A stretch of 64,000 bases of DNA. Origin: Heptranchias perlo (lineage: Eukaryota). The notes beneath the pieces were generated by a model. The model was not told the DNA's origin and made no database searches. It saw nothing but the letters and a program-made list of their open reading frames with translations. The stretch covers positions 2,294,001 through 2,358,000 of the forward strand of contig NC_090361.1 in assembly GCF_035084215.1 (NCBI RefSeq). Reading direction: 5' to 3'. Positions within the stretch are counted from its first letter, which is position 1, and the number at the start of each line of letters is the position of its first letter. Below, piece by piece: positions 62,670 to 64,000 of this stretch. The position numbers were made by a program, and so were the translations under genes.

Positions 62670-62684
62670 GGCCAAATTGTGATG
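62670..62684 (+). CDS. KHSRP: Candidate 15-nt alternative microexon of KHSRP
   Basis: ttttcttccttccccag|GGCCAAATTGTGATG|gtgagt; phase 1/1, adds GPNCD. Confidence 0.55.
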
Positions 62685-63364
62685 GTGAGTACGACTAAAT
62701 TTTATAATCCTAATTTGCACAGTTTTCCATTATATCTTTCCCTTTTTTGAATTGCCAATTTAGCTGGAAAAATAACATTGGTTGCACGTTTGCAACATTT
62801 TAAAGTCATTCTGCATCCCTGTATGATCAGAGCAAAACAATGATTTTTTTCTCCCTGAAAAGTGCCGCTAGTTGAAAGTATGGAACAGTTGGTAACTGTC
62901 TTTCACGAGCAGAGCACAGTTCAGCTGTTACCTCTCCAAAAATAGAGCTTTACTGCGTCTGAAGTCCTGATGTGGAGTAAGTTTTTTTTGTACTCCTTGG
63001 AAAGTGGTGCTTTTCGACAGCCTTTAACTGTAGCATGCTCCACTTGTAAACGCCTTCCTGTTCAACAAAAGAAGAGCTACGTTATTTCTGATGCTACAGT
63101 GGAGAAGCATTAATCTACTAAAAATTGAGATTTGTCTGGCTGCAAAGGCCATATTCTAGTTCTGAGTCCTTTTGTCTTTTTGTGGTTATGGAGGTTTTAC
63201 TGTTCCACATACAGCAGATCAGCAGAATTTGTTTTGGTAAACTACTTGAGGGAAAAAGTCTTATGGGGGCTATTCATTTTTTTTCTTCCTTTATGCCTGG
63301 AAGGATGTTTATATTCAGTATGTGTTGGGAACTCACCATTTAATTAGAAATTGTTTTCTTCCAG

Positions 63365-63422
63365 AAAGCGGAGGTTTGCCAGAACGATGTGTCTCGTTGA
63401 CTGGGAATTCAGAGTCAATTCA
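63365..63422 (+). CDS. KHSRP: KHSRP exon 7 (gene continues beyond right edge)
   Basis: ttccag|AA; (E)SGGLPERCVSLTGNSESI(Q); CA|gtaagt; 58 nt. Confidence 0.95.
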
Positions 63423-64000
63423 GTAAGTGCAAATGTCCCAGTTACTGTCAACAATGTTGGTCTGCTCTGTAGTAGAGTAATGAGGCAGTGCCTTTATCCA
63501 TGCCCCACCCTTTTGTATTAAGTGGCATGTTGTGTTAGACCGTATTCATTCAAAGTAGCACAATTGGGCAGTAGAGTGCCCTGACACAGTTGGGCAATTG
63601 AGTTCCCTTCCCAAGGCATTCTCAAGTTGGATCAATGAACTGGTGACAGCAGCTGTTTTCCTTTTTGAATCATGGTCTCAGTGGAATATTTAGGTCTTCA
63701 ACAGTGACCAAAATAGCATGGGGAGAGGGCTGGCGACCTAGAGATTAGTACCCCCTCAGGAGTTGATCGTCACAAGTAGCTCCTAGAAGCAGGCTTGGCT
63801 GTAATTTTTTTTGTGTTCTGTGGCATTTTGGATTCACCAGGTGTTTGGGTGATTAGTCCACTCCACACCTGAAACAGGATTGAACAAGAATGGAACATCT
63901 GCAAGAAGGCATCGCTCTACTTGTTATGGCCCAGTATTTTTATTTTCCTGCAAAACCTATACTCCATGACTGCTGGAATATCATAGCCCTATTTCGCTGA

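Noticed and set aside
40948-63422. FUBP1 or FUBP3 as the identity of the KH gene
   Set aside because: [20 protein letters not shown] and EEYRVPDGMVGL, plus adjacency to a SCaMC gene, fit KHSRP better, although the MADF start is FUBP1-like

Overview
Vertebrate genomic DNA, most likely a cartilaginous fish (shark); this is inferred from the CR1 LINEs, Deu-domain tRNA-SINEs and Penelope-type repeats. Three spliced genes can be reconstructed by eye. (1) CDC37 coding exons 1-2 on the minus strand, running off the left edge. (2) A complete 10-exon Ca2+-binding mitochondrial ATP-Mg/Pi carrier (SCaMC family; SLC25A23 favoured by adjacency to KHSRP), 11388-36081 on +, about 481 aa. (3) KHSRP/FUBP2 coding exons 1-7 on +, running off the right edge. 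Most long ORFs in the track are CR1 reverse-transcriptase fragments or read-through of minisatellites. Most notable observations: two candidate in-frame microexons in KHSRP (27 nt before KH1, 15 nt in the KH1 variable loop); a perfect 2x102-bp palindrome carrying minimal Penelope-type hammerhead ribozyme motifs, inside a multi-layer nested insertion in SLC25A23 intron 7; an exon-8 acceptor whose upstream signals appear to come from an antisense CR1; an apparent GC donor at SLC25A23 intron 1; and a near-identical inverted CR1 pair flanking exons 3-7. No clearly new multi-gene system is evident. Repeat boundaries are approximate and nothing was database-checked.
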